Part shown: positions 32,001 through 39,929 of the stretch, piece by piece
Numbering within the stretch: the first letter of the stretch is position 1
Layout: every line of letters begins with the position of its first letter
The notes under the pieces: generated by a model
What the model was told of the DNA's origin: nothing
Seen by the model: only the letters and a program-made list of their open reading frames with translations
Database searches by the model: none
DNA from: an uncultured Planctomycetaceae bacterium
GTDB lineage: Bacteria > Planctomycetota > Planctomycetia > Isosphaerales > Isosphaeraceae
DNA: 64,000 nucleotides
Reading direction: 5' to 3'
Assembly: GCA_963833985.1 (NCBI GenBank)
Contig: CAWIAD010000002.1
Coordinates: forward strand, 3,168,001 to 3,232,000
Translations under genes and position numbers: made by a program

Positions 32001-32105
32001 AACTCGAGTCCGTTCATTTGTTGGCCACTTTAAACGAACTGACACTGATTTTCCCTAAACGAACTGACACTGATTTTCCTCTCTCTGATTTCCCTCTGAT
32101 TTCCC
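32001..32105. repeat. REP-like inverted pair with tandem micro-duplications
   Basis: TAAACGAACTGACACTGATTTTCC(C) twice (32031-32079), TCTGATTTCCC twice (32084-32105), and an imperfect inverted copy AACTCGAGTCCGTTCATTT at 32001-32019. Confidence 0.7.
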
Positions 32106-32194
32106 TTCAGGCTAAGTCGACCAAGGGAGACAGGAGAGGCAAAGTCTGCTAGAATGGCCACAATGGCGGCGTAAACACGTGCAAGGATCGAACG

Positions 32195-32551
32195 ATGACG
32201 CATAACGAATTCAACCATCTCCTGGGCAGCATCAAAGCCCTGTCGCCGGAGCAGATGCGGCAGCTTCGCCAGCAGATCGACAGCGAACTCGCTCATGATG
32301 TTCCGCGTTCCGGGAGGCCGCCGAAGAAACCGCCTGCCCAGGCGTCCGGCAAGGGAGCCAAACGCGCCAAGGCCGCTCCGCAGTCGGCGAAGAAGCCGAT
32401 GACCAAGGACGAATTCCACCGCCACCTGATCGAGATCGGCCTGATGAGCCAGCTCCCCGATACCGCCGCCGATTTTGACGATCCCGCCGACGAGCCGATC
32501 CCCATCAAGGGAGAGCCCTTGTCGGAAACCGTCATCCGCGAGCGGCGGTGA
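32195..32551 (+). CDS. Putative antitoxin of a PIN/VapC module
   Basis: 118 aa ending GEPLSETVIRERR, 1 bp upstream of the PIN toxin; extended -10 TGCTAGAAT upstream. Confidence 0.7.
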   Translation: MTHNEFNHLLGSIKALSPEQMRQLRQQIDSELAHDVPRSGRPPKKPPAQASGKGAKRAKAAPQSAKKPMTKDEFHRHLIEIGLMSQLPDTAADFDDPADEPIPIKGEPLSETVIRERR

Positions 32552-32552
32552 G

Positions 32553-33017
32553 ATGGCGGATTTTTTTTTCGACACGTCCGGCCTGGTCAAGCGCCATGTG
32601 ATCGAGGTCGGAAGCGCCTGGGTTCGCTCCCTGGTCCACGCCAAGGCGGCCCATGACCTCTATATCGCCCGCGTCACCGCCGTCGAGGTCACGTCCGCGA
32701 TCACTCGCCGGCAGCACAGCGGTCATCTTTCGCGCGCTCAGGCCGACGCGATGCTCGGGCATTTCCGTCGGCATCTCGCCCAGCGCTATCACATCCTCGA
32801 GCTGACACCCGCCCTGTTCGATCAGGCAATGCAGGCGGCGCGGAAGCATCGGCTCAGGGCCTACGATGCCGTCCAGCTGGCCGTCGTCCTCGGTTTGCAC
32901 CAGCGCCACCAGGATGTTGGCTTAGGGGCGGTGACGCTGATATCCGCCGACCAGACACTCAACGGCGCCGCGACCGCCGAAGGGCTGACCGTGGACGATC
33001 CGCGGACCCATCCCTGA
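32553..33017 (+). CDS. PIN-domain (VapC-family) toxin
   Basis: FFFDTSGLVKR, EVTSAI, LRAYDAVQLA, ISADQTL. Confidence 0.9.
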   Translation: MADFFFDTSGLVKRHVIEVGSAWVRSLVHAKAAHDLYIARVTAVEVTSAITRRQHSGHLSRAQADAMLGHFRRHLAQRYHILELTPALFDQAMQAARKHRLRAYDAVQLAVVLGLHQRHQDVGLGAVTLISADQTLNGAATAEGLTVDDPRTHP

Positions 33018-33052
33018 GCCGTCAGCAGGAGGAAAAAGAGGAAAAAGGAAAA

Positions 33053-33772
33053 AAAGGACATGCAACGCAGTCTTCCCCTAGAAGTGCCCGAGGCGAGCCC
33101 GCACACGTCGATCAAGGAGCGGGTCGAGCACGTTCAGGAGCAGGGGCGAGCCGAGGACCTGAAAGCCGCAAAGGCCGGCAGTGTGGCGGGGTCGCAGGCG
33201 GCGGAGGGACTGGAAGAGGGTCTGTGGCTGTGCCCGATCGAGGACCGCAGGAGGCTGGACTCGGGCCGCGGTCGCGGTCGCGAAGGGATGGTCGAGGGGT
33301 TCTCGCTGGGGAGCTACCTGCTGCTGGTGGACTACACCGGGCGGCTGTATCGCGAGGGGAAGGCGGCGGTCTCGGCGGAGCTGGCGGGGATCCTGGAGCG
33401 GCTGGGGAGCAATGCCGAGAGCTGGGATGCGCGCCTGCTGAAGCTGGCGGGTGGGCGGCTGCTGGGAAGGTTCTTCGCCGCGAGCCGGGAGCGGCTGCGA
33501 GACGTGGCCGGGCGGCTGGGCCGGCATCATCTGGCGAACCTGGGCGGGTGCGCGGTGAGGTGACGACGAGGCGGTGATACGCGTGATGCGGCGCGGTGCC
33601 CGAGACGCTGGTCGGACTCACGCCCGAGGTTGGGGGCTGCGCCCGTGAAAACCACGTGCTCACGCACGTGGCCATGCGCCGCGGACTCCCAGGGCGCACG
33701 CGCACATGGCCATGCGCCGCGAACGCCAGGGCGCTGGAGCACGTGGCCATCCGCCGCTGGGTTGGCATCACC
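33053..33772 (+). mobile_element. Internally deleted copy of the Y1/RAYT element
   Basis: Left-end motif AAAGGACATGCAACGCAGTCTT (20/22 match to 30653-30674), then homology to ~31293-31947; HUH and Tyr motifs are missing. Confidence 0.8.
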
Positions 33773-33865
33773 GGGCGTATCAAGGGGGCGCCGCTGTTCG
33801 CGGCCGGCGATCGATCCTAGAATACAGGTCTACCGGATCATTGACCATTCTGGGGGGGACCGAGG

Positions 33866-35380
33866 TTGAAAGTTCTGGTGATCGGCAAGGGAGGGCGCGA
33901 GCACGCCCTTTGCTGGAAGCTCAAGCAATCGCCGCGGGTCAGCGCGGTCTTCTGCGCTCCGGGCAACGCGGGTACGGCCATGGAAGTGCAAAACGTGCCC
34001 ATCGAGCCGGGCGACCAGCGCGGTCTCCTCCAGTTTGCCCGGCGTGAGGCAATCGGGCTGACCGTGGTAGGTCCCGAAGAGCCGCTCGCCCGGGGAATTG
34101 TTGACGTGTTCCAGCGCGACGGCCAGCGCATCTTCGGTCCGCGGCAGGACGCGGCCGAGCTGGAGGGCTCCAAGGTGTTTGCCAAGGACCTGATGCGTCA
34201 GGCCGGGATTCCCACGGCCGATTACCGGGTTTTCCGCTCGGGGCCGGACGCCGAGCACTACATCTTCTCTCGTGAGGTCTCGCTGGTGGTGCGGTCGCGC
34301 GGACGGTCGACCATTCGCCACACGCTGCATTGCCGGACGGCCGGCGAGACCATCGAAGCGATCGAGCGCATCCTCGACCCGCGCGAGATGCTCAGCCCGG
34401 GGGTCCAGGTGGAGATCGAGGAGCGAGGGCATCGCCGCGTCTTCGACACAGCCGCGGACGCCCGCGACTTCGTCCTGGGCAGGCCGCTGGGCCTGGTGCT
34501 CAAGGCCGACGGACTGGCCGCCGGCAAGGGCGTGTACGTTTGTAGCAACCTGCGCCAGGCACTCGAGGCGATCGATCAGATCATGGTCCGGCGCATCTTT
34601 GGCCAGGCCGGCGACCGGCTGGTCGTCGAGGAGCGACTCGACGGTCAGGAGACGAGCATCCAGGCGCTCACCGACGGCCGCACGATCGTGCCGCTGGAAT
34701 CCAGTCAGGACTACAAGCGCGCATTCGACCACGACGAGGGCCCGAACACCGGCGGGATGGGCGCCTACTCGCCGTCAGCCCGCGTGACGCCGCGACTCAT
34801 GGAAGACATCGAGCGGGAGATCCTGGTGCCCGCTGTCCATGCGCTGAAGCGTGCGCGCCGACCGTTCCGGGGCGTCCTCTACGCCGGCCTGATGCTTACC
34901 AACCAGGGTCCCAAGGTGCTGGAATTCAACGTCCGCTTTGGCGACCCGGAGACGCAGGTCATGCTCATGCGTCTCAAGTCCGATCTGCTCGACGCCCTCG
35001 AAGCCGTGGTCGAGGAGCGGCTCGATTCCGTCGCCTTGGAGTGGGACGAGCGGCCGTCGGTGACCGTCGTCATGGCCTCGGACGGATACCCCGGCCATTA
35101 CGAGCGCGATCATCCCATCGAGAACCTGGAAGCCGTTGCCGGGATGCCCGACGTCAAGGTGTTCCACGCCGGCACGACCCTGCGCGTGGACGCCGCGGCC
35201 GCGGACAGCCGAGAGCCGCGTATCGTAAGCGACGGCGGCCGCGTGCTGAACGTCACCGCGCTGGGTGCCAATCTTGCCGAGGCGCGTGACCGGGCGTACC
35301 AGGCCGCACGCCTGATTCGCTTTCCCGGAGGCTACTTTCGCCATGATATCGCCGCCCGTGAAGCGGCCGGCGAGCACTGA
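33866..35380 (+). CDS. purD: Phosphoribosylamine--glycine ligase with a 70-aa internal duplication
   Basis: KVLVIGKGGREHAL, APGNAG, VVGPEEPL, LEGSKVFAK, KADGLAAGKGV, GPNTGGMGAYSP, EFNVRFGDPETQ. Confidence 0.96.
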   Translation: MKVLVIGKGGREHALCWKLKQSPRVSAVFCAPGNAGTAMEVQNVPIEPGDQRGLLQFARREAIGLTVVGPEEPLARGIVDVFQRDGQRIFGPRQDAAELEGSKVFAKDLMRQAGIPTADYRVFRSGPDAEHYIFSREVSLVVRSRGRSTIRHTLHCRTAGETIEAIERILDPREMLSPGVQVEIEERGHRRVFDTAADARDFVLGRPLGLVLKADGLAAGKGVYVCSNLRQALEAIDQIMVRRIFGQAGDRLVVEERLDGQETSIQALTDGRTIVPLESSQDYKRAFDHDEGPNTGGMGAYSPSARVTPRLMEDIEREILVPAVHALKRARRPFRGVLYAGLMLTNQGPKVLEFNVRFGDPETQVMLMRLKSDLLDALEAVVEERLDSVALEWDERPSVTVVMASDGYPGHYERDHPIENLEAVAGMPDVKVFHAGTTLRVDAAAADSREPRIVSDGGRVLNVTALGANLAEARDRAYQAARLIRFPGGYFRHDIAAREAAGEH

Positions 35381-35394
35381 CCCTTGGACCGGGT

Positions 35395-37269
35395 TTACTT
35401 CTTCCGCGCAGGGCCCTTGGGCAGCGTCACGGAATTGTCGATCTTGAAGAGCCCCGCCAGCGAGCTCTGGGAACGTCCGTAATGGACGGGAGACTTGTAC
35501 GGCGCCTGGGGAACGTTCGGCGGCACCACCGGCAGATGAGTGAGGTACACCTGCTTGGCGAAGAACGCCGAGGTCGACGGGATATTCGGGTCGACCAGGG
35601 GGCTGGTTCCCTGCTGCAAGCCCGTGTTATTCACCTGGCCTTCCACCTTCACGCTGAGCACTCCCCTGGGCAGGATGATGTTTTCTGGCGCTCCGAAGGG
35701 GAACGTGGTGCTGGTGAGCTGCTGGAACTGACCCGGGTTGTTGACGCCCGAAGGATTGGGATCGACCGACACGGAGATGATCGAGTTGGTCACGTTGCCG
35801 GCGATCCGGCCGTGGATCTCGCCTCCGCCATGTGCCAGCGGACTGTACGTGGCCTGGTTCAAGAGGGCGTTCGAGATCCGGTTGAAGATCGTCGGGGGCG
35901 CCTCACCGTTGAAGACTCCGCCGGCCGGTACGGTCTGACCCTGGATGGACGTGACCGGGGAGTTCGCAACGGCCGAGAGCTCCTGGTCGTAGCCAGACTG
36001 GATGAAGCTGTTGATGACGTCGCCGCCCATCACCATGTTGCCGATATTCCGCTTCACGGTGACGGCCGACCCGACGGCGCCCCGGTTGGCCTGGAGGTTC
36101 TGGATGAAGGCGGTGTTGATGTAGGTGTTGTCCATGCCCTGGCCGAAGTAGATGTTCCTGGACCCGGCCGGCGCGACAAGGATGACGTTCTGCGTCTGGC
36201 CGCCGATGAAGAAGTTGCTCACCTGCGGCCCGGAAATCGGGTCGGCGGACGGGAATGTGAACAGGTCGGTATCCATGGCCATGGCGGTGAAGTTGGTGAC
36301 ATTGCCGCCAATGCGCACGTCGCCGATCTGACCGGTCGTCACGCCGCCGCCGACGTCGGAAACGAGGTAGGTACCGCCGGGCAACTGGCTGGTTGTGGTG
36401 GACGTGGGTGCAGTAAACTGCGTGGGTGTCAACCCTGATCCGGTGGACCCGTCGATCTCGTTCGCCTGGAACAGGTCGATCCGGCCGTTGACCACGAAGC
36501 TGACGCTGTCCTGAAAGGTTGTCGTCGTGGTTCCTGAGGTGCTCGAGCTGCCGTCGGTGATGACCTTGTTGACGATGATGCTGGTGCCGCTGACAATCGG
36601 CGGGCCCAGGTTGATGATGAATTCATTATTCTGGTTGGTCTTGTTCAGCGGGGTTCCGCCGGCTGGCGTGTACGTCGTGTCGACGCCTCCAAAACGAAGC
36701 GTGTTGATTCCTTCCGGCGCCTCGATACCGCCGGCCAGCTTGAACGGTGTAGAGCCAATGACGCCGGCAACGGAGTGGTAATTCGAGTTCGCCGTTGGCG
36801 CCGTGCCGCTGGTATCGCCCAGCCAGAAATTCGGCATGTCGACGGCGGCGATGCCGTTCTGCGGCGCAGCCGCCTTGGGCCGCACCAGCGCGGTATTGAG
36901 CTCCGGGTACGCACCCGTGTTGTTGACATTGAGCTGCTGGAAGAACACGCGGCCATCGGAGCCTGTAGGAACATAGGTGACCTTGCCGACCAGCCGGCTC
37001 TGGGACGTGACCGTGCCGGACACCGTGATCAGGTAGATGTCATTCGGCGTGTACTGGTTGGCCTTGGTGAAAGCCACACCGCTTTTGTCCACAACATTCA
37101 GGGTTCCCGGACCGTAGAGCGTCAGTGTCCACCTGTCGCCCTTGCTGTCTGTCCCGGAGACCGTGGCGGAGGGCACGGTCGAGAGCGAAGAAAGCAACTG
37201 GCGGGTTTCCAGGCTCTCGGCCAAGGGTCGAAGAGACCTCCTCGCTGGCGCCGGCTTTCGCGTCGACAT
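35395..37269 (-). CDS. Planctomycete-type extracellular protein (LEPR-XLL-like N-terminus), Thr/Gly/Asn-rich
   Basis: RRSLRPLAESLETRQLLS N-terminal motif followed by a beta-rich body. Confidence 0.75.
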   Translation of the reverse strand: MSTRKPAPARRSLRPLAESLETRQLLSSLSTVPSATVSGTDSKGDRWTLTLYGPGTLNVVDKSGVAFTKANQYTPNDIYLITVSGTVTSQSRLVGKVTYVPTGSDGRVFFQQLNVNNTGAYPELNTALVRPKAAAPQNGIAAVDMPNFWLGDTSGTAPTANSNYHSVAGVIGSTPFKLAGGIEAPEGINTLRFGGVDTTYTPAGGTPLNKTNQNNEFIINLGPPIVSGTSIIVNKVITDGSSSTSGTTTTTFQDSVSFVVNGRIDLFQANEIDGSTGSGLTPTQFTAPTSTTTSQLPGGTYLVSDVGGGVTTGQIGDVRIGGNVTNFTAMAMDTDLFTFPSADPISGPQVSNFFIGGQTQNVILVAPAGSRNIYFGQGMDNTYINTAFIQNLQANRGAVGSAVTVKRNIGNMVMGGDVINSFIQSGYDQELSAVANSPVTSIQGQTVPAGGVFNGEAPPTIFNRISNALLNQATYSPLAHGGGEIHGRIAGNVTNSIISVSVDPNPSGVNNPGQFQQLTSTTFPFGAPENIILPRGVLSVKVEGQVNNTGLQQGTSPLVDPNIPSTSAFFAKQVYLTHLPVVPPNVPQAPYKSPVHYGRSQSSLAGLFKIDNSVTLPKGPARKK

Positions 37270-37715
37270 GGATCTGACACCTTATTCCAGGAAGCGGGGC
37301 CGGCCGACCGACCGAGCGCATCGCTCGAACATCGATTGAGGCTCGACCTGATCCATTTCTCCCAGGGAAACGCCCGCGGATCAGGGATACCTTTTGCACG
37401 CAACGATGATTGTGTGCGATCTTGACGGGCACTCTTCGTGTCCGGAGAAATGGTGGACGTTCTTAGAGAATCGGCCACGGGATCGGAATCCTTGAGAAAT
37501 TCGTTAGAATTGTTCCAGTCCCTACAGCCCCGACAACCGGAAGTCTTTTTCTGGAGCAACGATCCGTGCGTTGGCGGAGTCGCGGGAAAGAATGGATTTA
37601 GATCCCGCAAGCGGATCAATCGCGACCGATGCCGGTTGCTGCCTGCACGCCGCAGCCACTGTCGATGCGCAACTTTTGTCGCGGACCTTTCACGGTCCTG
37701 ACTGGACGGTCCATC

Positions 37716-38141
37716 ATGCCCAAGCCTGCAAATACGCGACGTCGGCCTTCGGTTCACATCACCTTGCAACGTGCGGCAAGACTCCATCGGCTGGTCTGGT
37801 TCCTGGCTGATACCGCCCGGACAAGGGACGCGATCCTGACCCATCTGAACATCGGATTGAGAACCTTCTACCGCGAGCTCGAGCTATTCAAGCGTTGCGG
37901 CATCAAGGTCCGGCACCGCAACAAGCAGTACGCGCTGGTGGCCACCGCCACGCAGGCCGAGGGGCGGTTGCCGTTTCCCGACCCCCAGCTCAGCTTTGCG
38001 GAAATGGTCGAACTGGCGGCCTGCTCCTGTGACGCGGGCCGGCGCCTTGCCGAACTGCTGGCCGCGGTTGTCAACGAGCCGGTCCCCGTGAAGAAGGGAA
38101 CAGGGCATTCACGCCGGAAAAAATCGGATACGAAGAAGTGA
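37716..38141 (+). CDS. Hypothetical protein with an HTH-like segment
   Basis: RAARLHRLV..TRDAILTHLNIGLRTFYRELELFKRCGI resembles an HTH_11-type motif; basic tail. Confidence 0.6.
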   Translation: MPKPANTRRRPSVHITLQRAARLHRLVWFLADTARTRDAILTHLNIGLRTFYRELELFKRCGIKVRHRNKQYALVATATQAEGRLPFPDPQLSFAEMVELAACSCDAGRRLAELLAAVVNEPVPVKKGTGHSRRKKSDTKK

Positions 38142-38302
38142 TCCGACTCCGGAAACCGGGTGCCACCACCTTGATACAGCCGAGAACGAAATCGAGTTCA
38201 GACGTGATCTAGACTTGAAAAAATGGCACCTCGTCGTTTTCCGAACTCGGCATATCGGAACGGGAATCACTCATTCACGGCTGGTCGGACGGAAACAGCC
38301 TG

Positions 38303-39286
38303 ATGAACTCCATGGCGCAAACGGCGACTGCTCTCCCCGGCCCGGATCAACCGGAACCCGCAACGCACGGCCCCGCGGATCTTGAACCACCCATTCTCGT
38401 TGATTTCTTCAAGAAGATGCTCGACGAGCTCTACGACGGTGTCTACTTCGTCGATACCAGGCGGCGGATTCTCTACTGGAACGACGGCGCAGAGCGGATC
38501 TCGGGCCATGCTGCGTCCGAAGTCGTGGGGAGCTTCTGCTTCGACAACATTCTGGATCATACCGACCCAACCGGTTGCCACCTTTGCCAGGACCGCTGTC
38601 CTCTGGTCGCCAGCATCCAGACCAGGTCGCAACACTGCAAGCGGGTTTTCCTCAGGCACAAGAATGGCGGACGTGTGCCGGTCGAGGTACGCACGTCTCC
38701 CGTGACCGACGACTGCGGCAGGGTGGTTGGAGCGGTGGAGATCTTCCGTGACGCCGGAGTGGACCTGGCGCTGGAGTCGGCATACCGTTCGGCGCGGGAA
38801 CTAGCGGAGCGCGATCCACTGACCGGACTGGCCAACAGGCACTCCCTGACCGCGTTCGTCACCGAGCAGGTGATGCTCTGCCGCCATTCGGGCCGCCGGT
38901 TCTCGGTTATCATGGTCGACCTCGACCATTTCAAGGAAATCAACGATTCCCTTGGCCATCCCGCAGGGGATACCGTGCTGGTCGGTATCGCCAGGCTGCT
39001 GCTGAGCGCCTGCCGCGATACGGATCTCGCCGGGCGCTACGGAGGCGACGAGTTCCTGGTGCTCCTGCCCAACACCGGCCTGGACTTCGCGACCGCCATC
39101 GCGGAGCGAATTCGAGCGGGGATCATGGACTCCAGTCGCTCAGGGAACGCGAGCCTGCCAGGCTTATCGGCGAGCATCGGGGTTGCCGAGACGACCCCCG
39201 CGGATAGCTGGGACTCGCTGATCGCACGCGCCGATGCCGCCCTCTACCGCGCCAAGCACCAAGGCCGCAACTGCGTCCGCTCGTAA
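38303..39286 (+). CDS. PAS-domain diguanylate cyclase
   Basis: PAS (GVYFVD..ILYWNDGAERISG), DPLTGLANR, DLDHFKEINDSLGH, RDTD I-site, RYGGDEF. Confidence 0.95.
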   Translation: MNSMAQTATALPGPDQPEPATHGPADLEPPILVDFFKKMLDELYDGVYFVDTRRRILYWNDGAERISGHAASEVVGSFCFDNILDHTDPTGCHLCQDRCPLVASIQTRSQHCKRVFLRHKNGGRVPVEVRTSPVTDDCGRVVGAVEIFRDAGVDLALESAYRSARELAERDPLTGLANRHSLTAFVTEQVMLCRHSGRRFSVIMVDLDHFKEINDSLGHPAGDTVLVGIARLLLSACRDTDLAGRYGGDEFLVLLPNTGLDFATAIAERIRAGIMDSSRSGNASLPGLSASIGVAETTPADSWDSLIARADAALYRAKHQGRNCVRS

Positions 39287-39328
39287 GCGGAACGAAGCGC
39301 CGGGGCATGCTCTGCTTTCTTTTTTGAA

Positions 39329-39727
39329 TGACCGGGGAGGGGCTCGAACCCTCGACCAACGGATTAACTTGCCTCATCGGCTTTCACCGACCACCCTGAC
39401 CGCATCGAGCTGGCGCACGTATCGCGGACAGGATGTTGATGGTCTGGACTATCTCTTCGCCATCGCAGGCGTGCCGCGTCTAGTCTCTGGGGCCGGGGCC
39501 GGTGCTCCACCGGTCCCTTGCCTGCTGATTACCCAATCCCCCTGCTTTTCAGGCCATCACGCTCGCCGTTGCCGGCCACGTTGTGGCGAGTGGGCTCTGA
39601 GGGCGTCCCAGCATACTGCGGCATCCACTCGTCGCGGTTCCGCTTCTTCCCGCGCGAGGCTCCGAACGGCGCGTCCCTTTCAAGAAGCGCTCGAAGTCCG
39701 TTGCTCTACCGACTGAGCTACCCGGTC
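39329..39727 (-). tRNA. tRNA-Lys(TTT) interrupted by a group I intron (exons 39727-39694 and 39367-39329)
   Basis: Exon 1 GACCGGGTAGCTCAGTCGGTAGAGCAACGGACTT plus exon 2 TTAATCCGTTGGTCGAGGGTTCGAGCCCCTCCCCGGTCA gives a fully paired cloverleaf with anticodon arm ACGGA-CTTTTAA-TCCGT and discriminator A. Confidence 0.93.
39368..39693 (-). ncRNA. Group I intron (326 nt, no evident homing endonuclease ORF)
   Basis: 5' exon ends in U and the intron ends in G. Core elements in order on the minus strand: P TATGCTGGGA, Q AATCAGCAGG, R CAGAGACTAGA, S AAGAGATAGTCC; P3 GCCGC/GCGGC; P7 GACTA/TAGTC. Confidence 0.9.
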
Positions 39728-39748
39728 CGGGATCGATCAGACACTCCT

Positions 39749-39777
39749 ACGTTAAGCTCCGGCGTCGCGTTCGTCCA
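39749..39777 (-). promoter_or_regulatory. Putative sigma70 promoter of tRNA-Lys
   Basis: TGGACG, 17-bp spacer, TAACGT, ending 21 bp before the tRNA. Confidence 0.5.
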
Positions 39778-39929
39778 GTCTCCAGACACCCGTCCTCCTG
39801 GCTGACTGCTCGCTCTTCCACCCGGAGGGGTGCTTTTTCTTTGGAGAGGCGCAACAGCCCTGGTATGTTCGCGAGTGAGGCACCCAGGGTCGGAATCGCG
39901 GTCAGAACAATGTCGTTAGGAGCCAGGCC

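Noticed and set aside
32031..32105. 25-bp direct repeats as a CRISPR array
   Set aside because: Only two abutting copies, no spacers, and no cas genes in the window.
31860..33760. GCACGTGGCCAT repeats as a mini-CRISPR
   Set aside because: The 12-bp unit is too short, there are only 2-3 copies per locus, and the intervening sequences are related to each other.
34226..34435. PurD insert (and the MFP2 insert) as inteins
   Set aside because: No N-terminal Cys/Ser or C-terminal His-Asn, and too short.
39329..39367. tRNA 3' half as an integration (att) scar
   Set aside because: The matching 5' half is present without overlap and the intervening sequence has group I intron hallmarks.
39234..39805. 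ORFs over the intron as a homing endonuclease
   Set aside because: They are on the opposite strand and lack LAGLIDADG, HNH and GIY-YIG motifs.
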